Below, piece after piece: positions 1 through 12,400 of a stretch of 64,000 nt of DNA. The position numbers and the translations under genes are program-made. The notes below the pieces were generated by a model that had not been told where the DNA came from, made no database searches, and saw only the letters and a list, made by a program, of their open reading frames with translations. Source of the DNA: Nymphaea colorata (lineage: Eukaryota). The stretch covers positions 20,274,001 through 20,338,000 of the forward strand of contig NC_045138.2 of the NCBI RefSeq assembly GCF_008831285.2, written 5' to 3'. Within the stretch, counting starts at the first letter, position 1. The number at the start of each line of letters is the position of its first letter.

Positions 1-332
1 ATTTTTGGAAACATTAATGCTCTCTTGATTGTGCTGTCCCAGGTGCGCGGACGCATTCTCGGGATGATCCGGTCAGGTTTTGACTCTTTCTGATAAACCA
101 AAGCTAATTCATATTGGAGCTCTCAGAAATAAAATAACTGTGGAAGAAGAAGTCCGATCTTGGACGGATCAGTCCGGTCCCACTCCTCGTTGCCTTGTTT
201 TGCTCACTATCAGTTATTTAATTCGTGCCAAGCATTTCCTGACCTTGCTTCTATCAGCATCTTCCAGGAGAAAACCGATATATCGTTGTAATTTGATCGT
301 TTTGAAGATCTATATTTGTTTATCAAAAATAT

Positions 333-335
<3 letters not shown>

Positions 336-399
<64 letters not shown>
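336..399. repeat. compound (TA)n(AG)n microsatellite
   Basis: TA run 336-380 followed directly by AG run 381-399. Confidence 0.95.
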
Positions 400-747
400 T
401 GTACTAGACTCTTAGGTGACAGATTCTTCTAAATAAATGGTTGAGTGAAAATAAAGGAAAAAAAATAAGATAGGATGTCTTAGTTATCTAATATTCAAGG
501 TGATTCTTTACAGGTTTAGAACCTGCCAATTTCTCTCTCTCTCTCTCTCTCTCTCTCAACCTGTGCTCTTCACGGGAGAAAACAAATCAATTTCCTCAAT
601 TAAGATCTCTTGCTTTTTTTTTCATTTTTTGAAAATACAACTTTTTTTGCAAAAACTTTATGTTTACCATCCAATCTTTTTAAAATTGACAGCCTGTAGG
701 ATTCTCATCTAATTTGACATACAAAGGTTTGAGAACTATGGGTCATC

Positions 748-750
<3 letters not shown>

Positions 751-836
<86 letters not shown>
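751..836. repeat. (AT)n microsatellite
   Basis: Perfect AT dinucleotide run. Confidence 0.97.
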
Positions 837-838
<2 letters not shown>

Positions 839-1622
839 AAGTAATATTTGATGACACTTTTGAAAAGACACTTGCATTTTGTGATAAAAAAATATTTGTT
901 TATAAGCATTTAACTGCCCCTTTTACAGAACTCAACTCAAGCGGATGTCCTTAATAAAATATCTAATATAAAACATAGAAACGCGCAAGTTTAGTTTTTT
1001 AATAACGAGATTTGTCGCTATAGATGTTTTTCTAATAACCTTTCAAACATCAAATTTCCATCAGACATCCAATAATTTTGAAGCTACAAAATTTAATCTT
1101 GAATAAATAAAAGAAAAAGAAAAAGAAATTGTCCATCCAAACCAAGAGGCAAGAAATTGTGAGTTCTTTAATGGCCGTGAACTCCCATGTGGCAGACGTG
1201 GTCCCCAAGTATTAATGAAATTCGAAGGCCAACTTGAATAAGAAAACTCGTCTACGCAGAAGCTTCTCTTCTTCCTCTCTCACGTTGCTTGTGAAACTTG
1301 TACATGCACCACATCTCCAATCTTATTGGTAGATCTTTATTAGGTACCCACCCTTTGTTCATAATCTCATGAATAAGTCTCAATATTTTTCTGAATTTTT
1401 TTATACTGCTTATTGTTGAGGGCAAGGTTAAAATATCGTTCTCCGGTTCAGAAAAATACAGTTCGATCATGAGTTTGATGTTCATGAATAAAAGGCTAGA
1501 GACATATTTAAAAGAAAATTAAAGACTATGAAACCCATGACCGGAAAAAGCTAGGGACTCATGTGAAAGCCCTCTGACATCATTACCCTGATATTAAGAT
1601 ATCTCTCTTCACGCTGTTTCGA

Positions 1623-1857
1623 TTGACTTGACTCAACCATCTCATTTATTATCGTTTCAGAGTTCAATCTACTGCAAGCCACAGCGTCGGCCCCTCCTTC
1701 CGATCCCTCGGAGTCAAGGGAAGCACCCTCTTCGCTTCTCTTTGCCCCCTTCTGTCATCAATGATAACAACCACAGGGACTCACTCCTTCACGACTCATT
1801 CAAGATCCCAAGTTCCTCCCTTGTTCGCTTCCTTTTCAAGAGTCCACTCTATATATA
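1623..1857 (+). promoter_or_regulatory. putative VQ-gene promoter with tandem W-boxes and TATA box
   Basis: TTGACTTGACT (two overlapping TTGACY W-boxes) at 1623-1633; TATATATA at about 1850-1857, about 150 nt before the ATG at 2005. Confidence 0.45.
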
Positions 1858-2004
1858 CGGATACAGTATTGATATCAGTTTCATTGTCTCTCACTAAATT
1901 TGTCCTCAAATCCAAGTGGGGGAGATCAGGAGATCAGATTCCTGAATTGGGTTGTTCACTGATCAAGTAGACAGTCTTCTGTTGGTGATCAGCCGCAACC
2001 CACT

Positions 2005-2739
2005 ATGCCTTCTTCTTCCCCTTCCTCTAGGAGTGAGCCGCAGGCTCAAGGAGTTGCACCAAGGAAGCTGGAGTTGCAGGGTCCAAGGCCTGCGCCTCTC
2101 AAGGTGAGCAAGGACTCCCATGGCATCAGGAAGCCGCCGATGCCACCGAAGCACCGGTCGCCGGTCATCATCTACCTGCGCTCACCGAAGATCATTCACA
2201 CCAAGGCTCATGAATTCATGGCCCTCGTGCAGCGGCTCACCGGTAAGTCCCCAAGGGCCGCATCGCCTAATGCATCGCTACCACCATTAGTACCATCAGT
2301 TCCTGCGGCGGCCAGGACGACGCCGGTGACGGCGATGGCGCCGGCGGCTTATTCCCCTCTTTTCGCACCTTCCCCACTTGATCATGGAGCTCAGCTGGGC
2401 ATGGATGTATCTCGAGAACAGGTGATGGATCTCGAGAAGTTTCTCAGTGATGATATCATCATAGACTCGAAGCCTATGATGCATCCCAACGGCATACTAT
2501 CGCCGCCACCTTCGTTTCTCTCTCAGCCTTCTCCTAGCTTCTTTCTGCCATCGCCGAAGACAAGCCTGCAGAGTCCCAACTTGTTCGAGCTCAGTCCTCT
2601 TCTTTACACGCCGAGCCACCGAGACGCACTGTTTCTGTCACCCTTTCAGCGATCGATTGGATCAACGCCCTTGAGCTCCGGCCATGCCTCCTCCTTCATG
2701 GAATCTTTCACCCTGTCAGACTTGTTCAGGCTCCAGTGA
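2005..2739 (+). CDS. VQ-motif protein, MKS1/VQ-like WRKY cofactor, intronless, 244 aa
   Basis: Contains FMALVQRLTG (FxxxVQxLTG), the N-terminal LQGPRPAPLKVSKDSH..IRKPP and PVIIY.SPK blocks typical of the MKS1 group, and a C-terminus rich in SP/TP (putative MAPK sites). Confidence 0.93.
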   Translation: MPSSSPSSRSEPQAQGVAPRKLELQGPRPAPLKVSKDSHGIRKPPMPPKHRSPVIIYLRSPKIIHTKAHEFMALVQRLTGKSPRAASPNASLPPLVPSVPAAARTTPVTAMAPAAYSPLFAPSPLDHGAQLGMDVSREQVMDLEKFLSDDIIIDSKPMMHPNGILSPPPSFLSQPSPSFFLPSPKTSLQSPNLFELSPLLYTPSHRDALFLSPFQRSIGSTPLSSGHASSFMESFTLSDLFRLQ

Positions 2740-3916
2740 GAGGGCATTTTTCATAGGTCAACAGCACAATTGTTTGACGATTCCAAGTTGGGATTATACA
2801 AAGTCCTACCAGTAGATCATACTTTTCAGGAGAAATTACTTTTCTTCCAAGTTCGTCTTAATTATAGATGAGATGTGTATGCACATCTGGTCTGCAATTG
2901 TAGGCAAGGTCGGTCTTTGTATGACCTCATACTGCAGTATATAACTCTCCCTTTCTCTCTCATTTGAAGTTGTTTACTTGTTCCTTATAATATTTAATAA
3001 ATTTATGTAAATAGATTTTAGTTCAAGGAGGACGTGGTTGTTGGGTAGTTGTTTCTGTAATGATTTTTTAATATCACTGCTTTTAAATGGTAGCGATTAG
3101 CTGTTCTATGAATATTCAAATTGTTCAAATCCCCAGGAGGATGTCTGAATGACGACTACATGATCTCCTGTTTCAAGAAGAGATTGTTCTCCAAGAACAG
3201 TGCCTTGTTCCTATGTGCTCTCATCAAACAATGAGTACTAAGAACACATAAAAAGTGTTTCAGATGAACACTTCAATCTATTTGTTCCTGGCGTTCCATT
3301 TCTCGGCATGAAGCACCTGGAACAGAACTTGTACTCTTGGAATCGGTGTTCTCCAGCAACGAATGAAGGCTGCTTGATGGGGAGGGACACCTATGATGGA
3401 CACATCGTTCTGTGGCATCAACTCCACACGAATTTTATGGTCACAGAACAGGTGTTCCTGCATACAAATTTTGAACGGTTCCATTGTTCTCTTGTACATT
3501 TTACTTCATGCACAAGCATGTGAGTGTCTTGAGAACGCTAATCGGCTCAGGGGCCTTGTCTAGGGTAGCTCAGGTGCCAAACAAGATCCAGATCCAACTA
3601 TCTCCCATTGCATGTACTTTTATTAGAAAATCAGATGCATGCAGCTGGATCTTGGGTAATGGAACTGTGACTGAAAGTTTGGCGGCAATGAGCAAAGGTA
3701 CCAATGGATCCAGATCCAACTGTGTATTTGATGATTGGATGCAATTTTACTGCAGTACAACTTGGTTTTGACGCTCAGATCTTTGGGTGAGCAGGAGGTT
3801 AACAAACAACCCCCTGCTCCAAAAAAAATCTAAAACCCCCACAACTCATTGTCTCCGGACTTTGGGGCTGCATCGGGACTTGAGTGTCATGATCTCACTT
3901 TTAACGGTGCTAGGAA

Positions 3917-4023
3917 GTAGCATCTATGTGAATCGGCAATGTTCGTTTCGGCTTGACCAACTATATGGTAGCATCTATGTGAATGGAACCGGCAATGTTC
4001 GTTTCGGCTTGACCAACTATATG
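3917..4023. repeat. tandem direct duplication, 51 + 56 bp
   Basis: gtagcatctatgtgaat(ggaac)cggcaatgttcgtttcggcttgaccaactatatg occurs twice; copy 2 carries a 5-nt insertion. Confidence 0.9.
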
Positions 4024-4515
4024 ATACGCCTTTGGAAGCTTTGATGCTCAAATCTTGACTGATTAATTAATCAATGGATTTTTTTCTCTTTCCCATGGGT
4101 TATACCACCATCTGATAGCTGGTTCGGATCAGTGGATTGCATTAATGTAGGAGAGCCGATATTATACAGACCAGACCAACAATTGCAAATATATATTGAA
4201 CCCTGGAACTAATTTCTTTAACTCAAAAATCTTAAGCCTAGCCACTTTTGCTTGGATCATGAGATCAAGTACAGCTCAGAGAAACTTGAGTATACTTTTT
4301 CTAATGGTTTACATGTCTTCCAAGCTGCACCTGCTCGTCAAAATGAATATGGGTCTGGGTTAGTTGATCCAGACTCGACTCGTTTGCACCTAGTCATGCT
4401 TGTTAACACATGCAGGAAGTCTCCTCTTGTTACACTTTCTAACGCCCTCTTTACTTTCTCTCCCTTGTATTTGCAAAAGATTCAGATAATGTACCTAAAA
4501 AATAATTTAGCAATG

Positions 4516-4650
<135 letters not shown>

Positions 4651-5317
4651 AACTTCCAATATTATTAAAAACACACCCAAGTTTTTCATGCCATTAAGTG
4701 GCCCGGAGAAAAACCAAGAAGCTTCACATGATTTCTTCTTTGTGAAGAAGCTCTCTTTTTTCCTTCTTTCCTTTTAGAGAGAGGCTGACGTCTTGACGAT
4801 CGAGTTGAGATTAGAAACCAAAAAAAATGAAAGTAGGTGAGAGAAATGCAAAGTCCACACCAATTGACTTGATATTTCTTTGTCTCACTCTTTTTCAACA
4901 ACTTTTATTTTTTGGTTTGACAAGATTCATGCATGATTCATAGATACAAGACAACAAATAAAGGAATATCAATCTGGAAGCTTATCATTCTCAAATTCTA
5001 TTATTTCCTTCTCTAGCCATTTTTGGGCCATTGCATTGACAAATTGTACCTATCAAAAGTACCATACTTTTTCAGTCAGCTTGGGGCTGGGCCATGTTCC
5101 GGTTATTGGGATATTGGAGGCTTTTTTAGAATTTGAAGGCTTAATTCTCGACGAGGTATCCTATAGCGCAACTGAGCAGCAAGGCAGTTCACATTTAAGA
5201 GTTCGAGGTTTGAATCCTATAGCTATAGTTATGTTCCTATGCATTATTCCTTGCGACTGCAAATGAGGTCAAGCACAAGACTTGAGTTGAATGGTGTATT
5301 GTAGATCTAATGAGGCC

Positions 5318-5756
5318 TAGGGACGTCAACATATCCAATTTGAATCGGATATCCGACCGAACCGATCCGAAAAAATCAGATATGAAAAAAGTTTTATTCG
5401 ATTAAGAAATCGGAACAGCTTCAGATTTAATAAATGGCATCCGATTGGATTCGTATTCGGATATACATAAATATATGATCGGATTCAGATATGGGTTTGG
5501 ATTGGATTCAATTTTAGACAAATATCATGTATCTAATGCTATTAAAATTTGAAAATTAGGAAAATTCGGTTCAAAATTCGGATTCAGATTGGACATAAAT
5601 ATAAAATTTGGATCTGATTCGGATTGTAAAATCAGATTTTGGATTTGGATTTGGATATAACTTTTCTTTAGTCGGATTTGAATCTAAATTTGAATCTGTG
5701 AATGTCTATAAAAAACAGATATGATTAAGGGTATATGCGATCCGTTGACATCACTA
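5318..5756. mobile_element. non-autonomous hAT-type MITE (family A)
   Basis: Termini TAGGGACGTCAAC ... GTTGACATCACTA form imperfect TIRs; the interior is packed with ATCCGA/TCGGAT subterminal motifs; no TSD recognisable. Confidence 0.75.
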
Positions 5757-6065
5757 ACTAGGATCCGACTTCAATGTAGCTTTTGTTTTATTTAGTTGTC
5801 ATGGATCTGACCTGCTTGAAATTATAGATCTTAACTGACCCAGGTGTACCTGGCTTCATCGTAGTCTCATTCTCATTAAAGTTGGCACAGTCTGTACAAC
5901 ATTTTAACAACAGTAGTAACAGTGATATTTATACTGTTTGTACTAGAAAAATGACGAGAGCAATCACATGCTCACCAGTTTGACTTGGTGCAGCATCAGC
6001 CTGATCTGTGTGAAACAATTAGTGAACTGCATTTATTCGGGTGAGCAGGAGGCTAATTCTACCAG

Positions 6066-6159
6066 TCGAGTAAAAGTCAAAGTCTTCTCGCTTAGCCTCA
6101 TCCCTCTAAATCTGCCACTCGAGTAAAAGTCTAAGTCTTCTCCCTTAACCTCATCCCTC
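6066..6159. repeat. imperfect direct duplication, 53-bp offset
   Basis: tcgagtaaaagtc.aagtcttctc.ctta.cctcatccctc occurs at about 6066 and about 6119. Confidence 0.8.
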
Positions 6160-7403
6160 CAAGGTCTAGGGCTGCTTTTGGTGTTTCAAGGTGACGTCAC
6201 CTGCTATACGTCAATTTGCATATCAGCGGATCTCTTCTCACCCTCACCCCTCCCTCACCTTTTTACAGCACAAAAAAAGTCACGGCAGAGACAGCGGCCT
6301 ACCAACCCTCGGTATATCGTTGCACCAATTACTTGTACAGTATATTATGACGTATCGAAGTAGATTGCCTGCTTATGCAATATAGCCTTCTTAAATTTTA
6401 TCGTTCTTGTTCTCTAGGGCAGGTTTGGATAGAGGGAAAGTGAAGGAAAAAGAGGAAATGGGTAGTCAACTTTGTATGTGGTTAGTTAATTAAGAAAAGG
6501 GAAAAAGAAAAAGAAACATGTTTGATTGTAGGGGCAAGAAAAGAAAATGAATGAAAAGAAAATGGTAACGTAAATTCAATCCTTGCAAAATTTGAAGGAT
6601 TGGGATGGACTCTACTAATCAAAGGCATTTCCTCTTGCGGAGTGATCGCTGGATTTTTTTTTCTCCTTTCCATTCAAACAAGTTTTATAATCATCTCTTT
6701 ACCTTCCTTTCATTTATTCTTCTTCCCATTCCATTCCAAATGTTCCAAACACGATATGTATCAAGAAAACTCAAGATGAGCATGTACGAGAGCGTCTCTA
6801 AGAAAGGTTTGATTATTTTAAGTAGCTGCAGTTAGGGTTGCAAATGGGTAGAGCTCACTTACCAAGGCGAATCTGATACCTTGAGTTAGACATAACAACA
6901 GATATACCCATTTCGTGTTTTCTCACGAAATCCTTGATACGTACGTCCTGTGTAAATATATGTGTGTTTGTTATATGTATTGTCAAGTCATTTTTTTGTC
7001 TAAGATCTACCAATCTTCAAAATGGAGTGGGTGGTCGTTAAAAGAAAAGCGGAGAGAGAGAGAGAAAGTAGGTATAGATGAAAGCCAACGTATCGTTTCA
7101 GAATTGCTGGAGAATTTATTGAATAAGCACGGATGCCCCCGTCATGTACCAATTTGGTTTTGCGTAATGATCATATTAATATTATAAGGGAAGAAGTTAT
7201 TTTCTGTGGTCATGTTCATGGTTACTCAATGCCCCTACATCTCTCTCTCACTTTCTCCCTCTCTTTCACTCTCTCTCTAAGACAAAGTGGCGTGTTATAT
7301 GCAGGTGCTTAGCTTGATTCTTGGAGTGTGCTCTCCAGATGGTATTAAAGAACGTGGATTTGGAATGAGATTTGCTATTGAAGCTAATATGGCCGTCTTT
7401 ACT

Positions 7404-7452
<49 letters not shown>

Positions 7453-7619
7453 CTATATATATATATATATATATACTTTGGGGAAACGTTTCCCTTTTGC
7501 TTTTTGGTTTTGTGTTTATTTTGAAGGTGTTATTATGGATGTAAGTCAAATTCGTGGACCGCAAATTGCAAGTTTTTCAACATAATTGTTTTCTAGATTT
7601 GGTATAACTTTTCTTTCTT

Positions 7620-8970
7620 AGACAACCGATGATATGCTTGTGAACACGATTGTTCCGTCAACTATCAAACTGAAAAGTGAACGGTTGGTACCTGATATTG
7701 GATACTTCATTGAGGAGATGTTAAACCTAGAGGCGTTTGGTAATAGGTTCGCGGCATTATTTGGAACGTAGTGTTCCAGGAATGTATTCCAATTTTTTAG
7801 TGGCGAACAAAAATATTTATAGTCCATCTTCACCACCGCTGAACCCAAATCTGACTTGGCCACAAAAGATGAGCCTTCGGACCACGTCCTTGAAAAGAAC
7901 AACATAGTCAGTTTTCCCCTGGGACTGAAGTTAATTAACTAAATGGATTTCGTCTCACCAACGTAAACAGATGGCCGATTGGATGCTGCAAAGTGACCTT
8001 GCAGCCAAAGGATTTTTATGCAACAATGAAGGATTGATTATCAGATTAATACTCATCATGCATTTGTTACATGGAGATTTGAAAGAAACAGTTTACATTT
8101 GAAAGAAACAGTTTACATAAGGTGGCCTGAATGTGCCCAACAAAAATTAATCTGTAAGCTTAATAAATCTTTGCATGAATCGTTGGGATTCAAATCGTTC
8201 TGATTTTCCTATGGTAATGAAGTGAAATCTAAAACTATGCAAATGGTAGATTATTGCAAGTGGTTACTGGAGACTAGTCGATCTACTCATCCATCGAAGC
8301 AAGACCTGATCAGAATTGCTTTTAATCTTGAGGATGTTTCTGCAGAATCCTCAATGCCCTTATACGGATGTGGCAGTTAGGATCATAAGATATTTTTAAA
8401 AGCAAATCCGGCTCAAGGTATCTGATTCTCAAACTTCCTCTATGCTCATCATTAGTGTGCCTTTCACAACTTAGACAGGCCAATATACCGAAAGACATAA
8501 AGTTTGTTAGAGGATATCATACCTTCTTCCTCCTTTATTGAAGCGTAAGTTGATCTACAGCAAATTGTGAAATAGTATATTGTAGTTACTTCAAGATCCA
8601 AATGCCAAAGTACCAAGTTCAGCTCACTTATTTTGTGATAAGGCTGTACAACAACAGACATACAGGCATTGATTACCACTTTGGTGGAAGAGAAAAATGA
8701 GCAGATATCAGATGAACACCCCCACCCGCCTCCTCGGCCCCTGAATTGATGCGACTTAGACGCTCTCATCCAGTACAGATACAGTCCTAATTGTTGTGTG
8801 AATACACCCACTCCAATTCAAAGATTAATTAGTGAATGAGTTGTCCATACCAAACCTACAATGTTCGATCCTAATATCAGCTCACAGATCTCACGAAATC
8901 ACTTGGGAAAGAGCAGCTTAATATGCTTGCAGGCAAAATAGGCATCCAAGATCCATATGCTTCAGTTGGC
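7620..8970 (+). mobile_element. degenerate Ty1/copia retrotransposon remnant (RT to RNase H fragments, many stops and frameshifts)
   Basis: Ordered copia pol motifs across frames: LEKNN-IVSFPLGLKLIN*-KWI (about 7890-7950), DGRLD..LAAKGF..GIDY-like (about 7970-8040), LLHGDLKETVY (about 8064), ICKLNKSL (about 8150), FLQNP..DVAVRIIRY..ANPAQGI (about 8335-8420), QLTDL-TKSLGKEQLNMLAGKIGIQDPYA (about 8878-8960). No LTRs found; 7620-7890 is only weakly gag-like. Confidence 0.75.
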
Positions 8971-9433
8971 AAATGAGCTTGCCATATATGGTTCTTGATA
9001 TGATAAGGCAAAGGGATATTCTTGCATGTGATTGATCAGATTTCAGATTTTTTATTTATTTCACACCATTTACTTTGATATTTGGTATCTCCTGCATTCA
9101 CTGAAGCAGGAGGTCCGTACAATGCCCTGTATAAATGTGTCTCAACGTTCCTTCGTTGTTGAACCACTCTTCTTCTCTGCTGCAAATTTCATGGTAGAGA
9201 TGGCATAAAAGCTGTAATTGATGAAGCACAACGCCTGAACAATGAAAATGGCACAGGATGCATTTGATATTTCATTCGACCTCTCAACAATGGATGTTGA
9301 TGAAGCATCCTGTTGCTTGACTATGCATACTTTGCGATGGACCTTGCAAGCAATGTTACTTATTTTTCTTTCCAGACACCATTTCTTCAAGCAGCCAAAC
9401 ATAATATTTACTATTTAAACCAATCCAGCAAAA

Positions 9434-12400
9434 TTAAGCCAACGTCCTGAACCACCGTAGTAGGCTAAGCAGGCCTGCATCCAGCACTGGAGATCTTTTC
9501 TCAAGTCCTAAGAATGAAAATGACAGAAAAGTGATCATATCAGGCACGTTCATTTCCAGCTAAAAGATCCTATAGTGCTCTACAATCAGAAGCAACATGC
9601 TTGAACAAATTGATATTTTTGTTCTGGGTTACAAATCCACAATTAAGCAAAGGAAAGTAGCCCAAAATGCTTGTCAGCAAAAATCTTAATTACGATGATG
9701 CATGCAATCAATACCAAAAGCATACCAATGTCAGCAGCCACACGATGTGCGCACATTATCCCAGAAAATGCTACAGATATTACCCCTTGTCCAGGAAAGC
9801 AGCTATCTCCAACACAGTAAAGCCCTTCTACAGCCTACATTTTGAGGAAGCATAGGTTTCTCAAATTTTTGACAATGCAGTTGTCAACTGACAATATAAA
9901 CCTAAAAATGGTCATGTTTTGCTCTTCTAGGTCACCAAACTTACTGTCGTATTGAAAGGCATCCCCAACAGGCCTCTAGGAGTCCTCCGAGGCATTGGAC
10001 CATAGGTGCCATCATCACGAGCCAGATACCTCCTATGTGTTTTTGGTGTGCCAATCTGCCATGCATGTGTATCATGTGATGTCATAGACAAATATAAATG
10101 TTAAAAGTTTGAGGAGAAAAAGGCAGTACTTTCTGATGTCATAATAATGCTTGCTGTTTGTCAGAACCATGTTTTACCAGCATGTTACTAAGATAAGGCA
10201 CTAAGAAGCTTTTCATACAACGTCATCTTCAATTAACCATTTGGAGAGAAGTCATATCTCTTGTTTTATCTGCTCTGTCTCTTTTCTTAATTCCATAGTA
10301 GTTGTTTATGTAACAAACAAACAAAAAGAACTGACTAGAGAATGTCACAAAATGATCTGTGCATGTATGGCATCAACTGTGCACAAGTAGAGACATGTTC
10401 ACATGATACATGTGCAAGAGAATAGGAGAAAGAGGCACCAATGGCTTGGACAAGAAAAAGATGTAGGTGATACGAGAAAGACAAGTCAACATTATTTGTC
10501 ATTTGCAGCAGGAAGGATGAAGACAACGACCCAAGGAAGATGGGATAAGGCTCCTTGTAGGTGGAAGTTGTTTATAATCCTATCAACACTCAGAAATAAA
10601 ATGATAGGATACAGTGGCTCAAGTAACTTTTCAACCACAAGCAAGAGGCTAATGCCAGCTAGGAGAAACAAATCTATTACCTCTTTAAAAACTATGGATT
10701 GCTTTAGGCCTGGAAAGAGTTTATTTTCAAGTCGTCCAATGATTTTGTCTCCTATAACCTCCTTTTTTGCTTCATACTCAGTCGGTGAAAGGCCCTGGTC
10801 CAATTGAGATATTGTTATAATCAACACAAGAAATATGGACACAGTCATTAAAGTAAGACAGTTTAAAAAACAGTTTATTTTAGCCACCAAAAAATTATAT
10901 GAAACACCTTCCAGTCTTCTATAGAAGACGTGGTGAAGATATGAAGAATATGACACCCATCTGGGGCTAATGATGGATCAAGAACAGTTGGGATACTCAA
11001 AAATATGCTTCCATATGGCTCCTCCAAGTTGGTCCAGTCATCCTGCTAAGTCAGAATCAGATAGCTTTTAGAAATTTCCTTAGTTTTAGATTGTTTCAAA
11101 ATTTTATGTTCTTGCATAACCAACAACATTTTAATAACCTCGAGGATAAAGTTATGGCATTCTGTGCCCGGTGGCAAGACATCTGCCTTGACTCCCAAGT
11201 GAATGGACAGGAACGAAGGTGCCTTAACATAAACCTTCTGGAAGTTTTGTTCTTCTTTTGGAAGATCAGTAGCTTTCAAAAGTTTCCCTGTACCAGGTCA
11301 CAAGCAATATATAAACTTTCAGGACTGGTACCTCTAAAGATACATATGTTTAAAGAAGCTTTTGGAACATGGCAGGAAGAGAAAATGGTTCCATGACTAT
11401 GTTCACAATTTTTTACTACTACATCATCTCATGCAAAATCTAGAAATGGAAAAGTTGAGATTCTTGAGATGGTTATAATGAGTACAGCTGTATGAAAGAC
11501 CTTCCAATATGTTTGCCTTTCCATGAATCATCTTAGCATGATCAATAACATCTCTCTCTTTCTCTCTCTCTTGCTTATACATCACATTTTGGATCCAGTT
11601 TTTCAGATCCCTTTCCTTAGGATCCACAAACCACGGATAACATGGATAAAGAAGATGGTGGTGGAACAGTCCCAGTTGGGATTATATATATATATACATA
11701 TATAGCCAAATGTTCCTGGATGGCTAAAGATTTAAAAAGTGTGGCTAAATGTACCATAAAACGCTGCTAACAACACTATAAGCCTTTGCTATACCATAAA
11801 CTATGGCTCCTGCTTCTATTGCATGGTATCTAGCCAACTGATTTCAATTCCTCTCTCTCATTCTCACTCTCACTCTCTTTCTCTCTGTATCTATATGTAT
11901 ATATGTATATATATATATAATTCTCTGATTCATACTTTTACAGAAATAAAGTAATCATTTTCTAGCCCATCATGTTTTGATGCATCAAGATTCAAGAGCT
12001 GCCGATTTTTTTAGCTTTGATTTTCCTTCTTACACATTAAAATAATGTGATTCGAAACATGTTATTTGCTCACTAAACTGTGTAGAACTGTAGATCACAC
12101 CTATCAAATTATTATGAACACTTTTTCATTTAATTGGATGATTTTAAGGCCAGGAATACCGAAGCACATCATCCAATCTCTGGGTATGTATATTGTGTGT
12201 ATATATCTAAGTCTGTTATAGGGTTCAAACTCTGCATTCCCCTTCATTATGATAAACTGACCTAAAAAATTGCTTGAAAAATGCTACTATCACGAAAAAT
12301 GCTACTATCACCTCTAAAGATGCAAAGAATGAAAATGAAATGAATATCAGGGTTAGGGATGTAAACAGCTCAGATTCAACTTGGATCCACTGTCACCCAA

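Noticed and set aside
3170..3540. Region rich in GTTC/GAAC motifs suggesting a fold-back or heat-shock elements
   Set aside because: No long inverted repeat, TIR or properly spaced nGAAn array could be defined.
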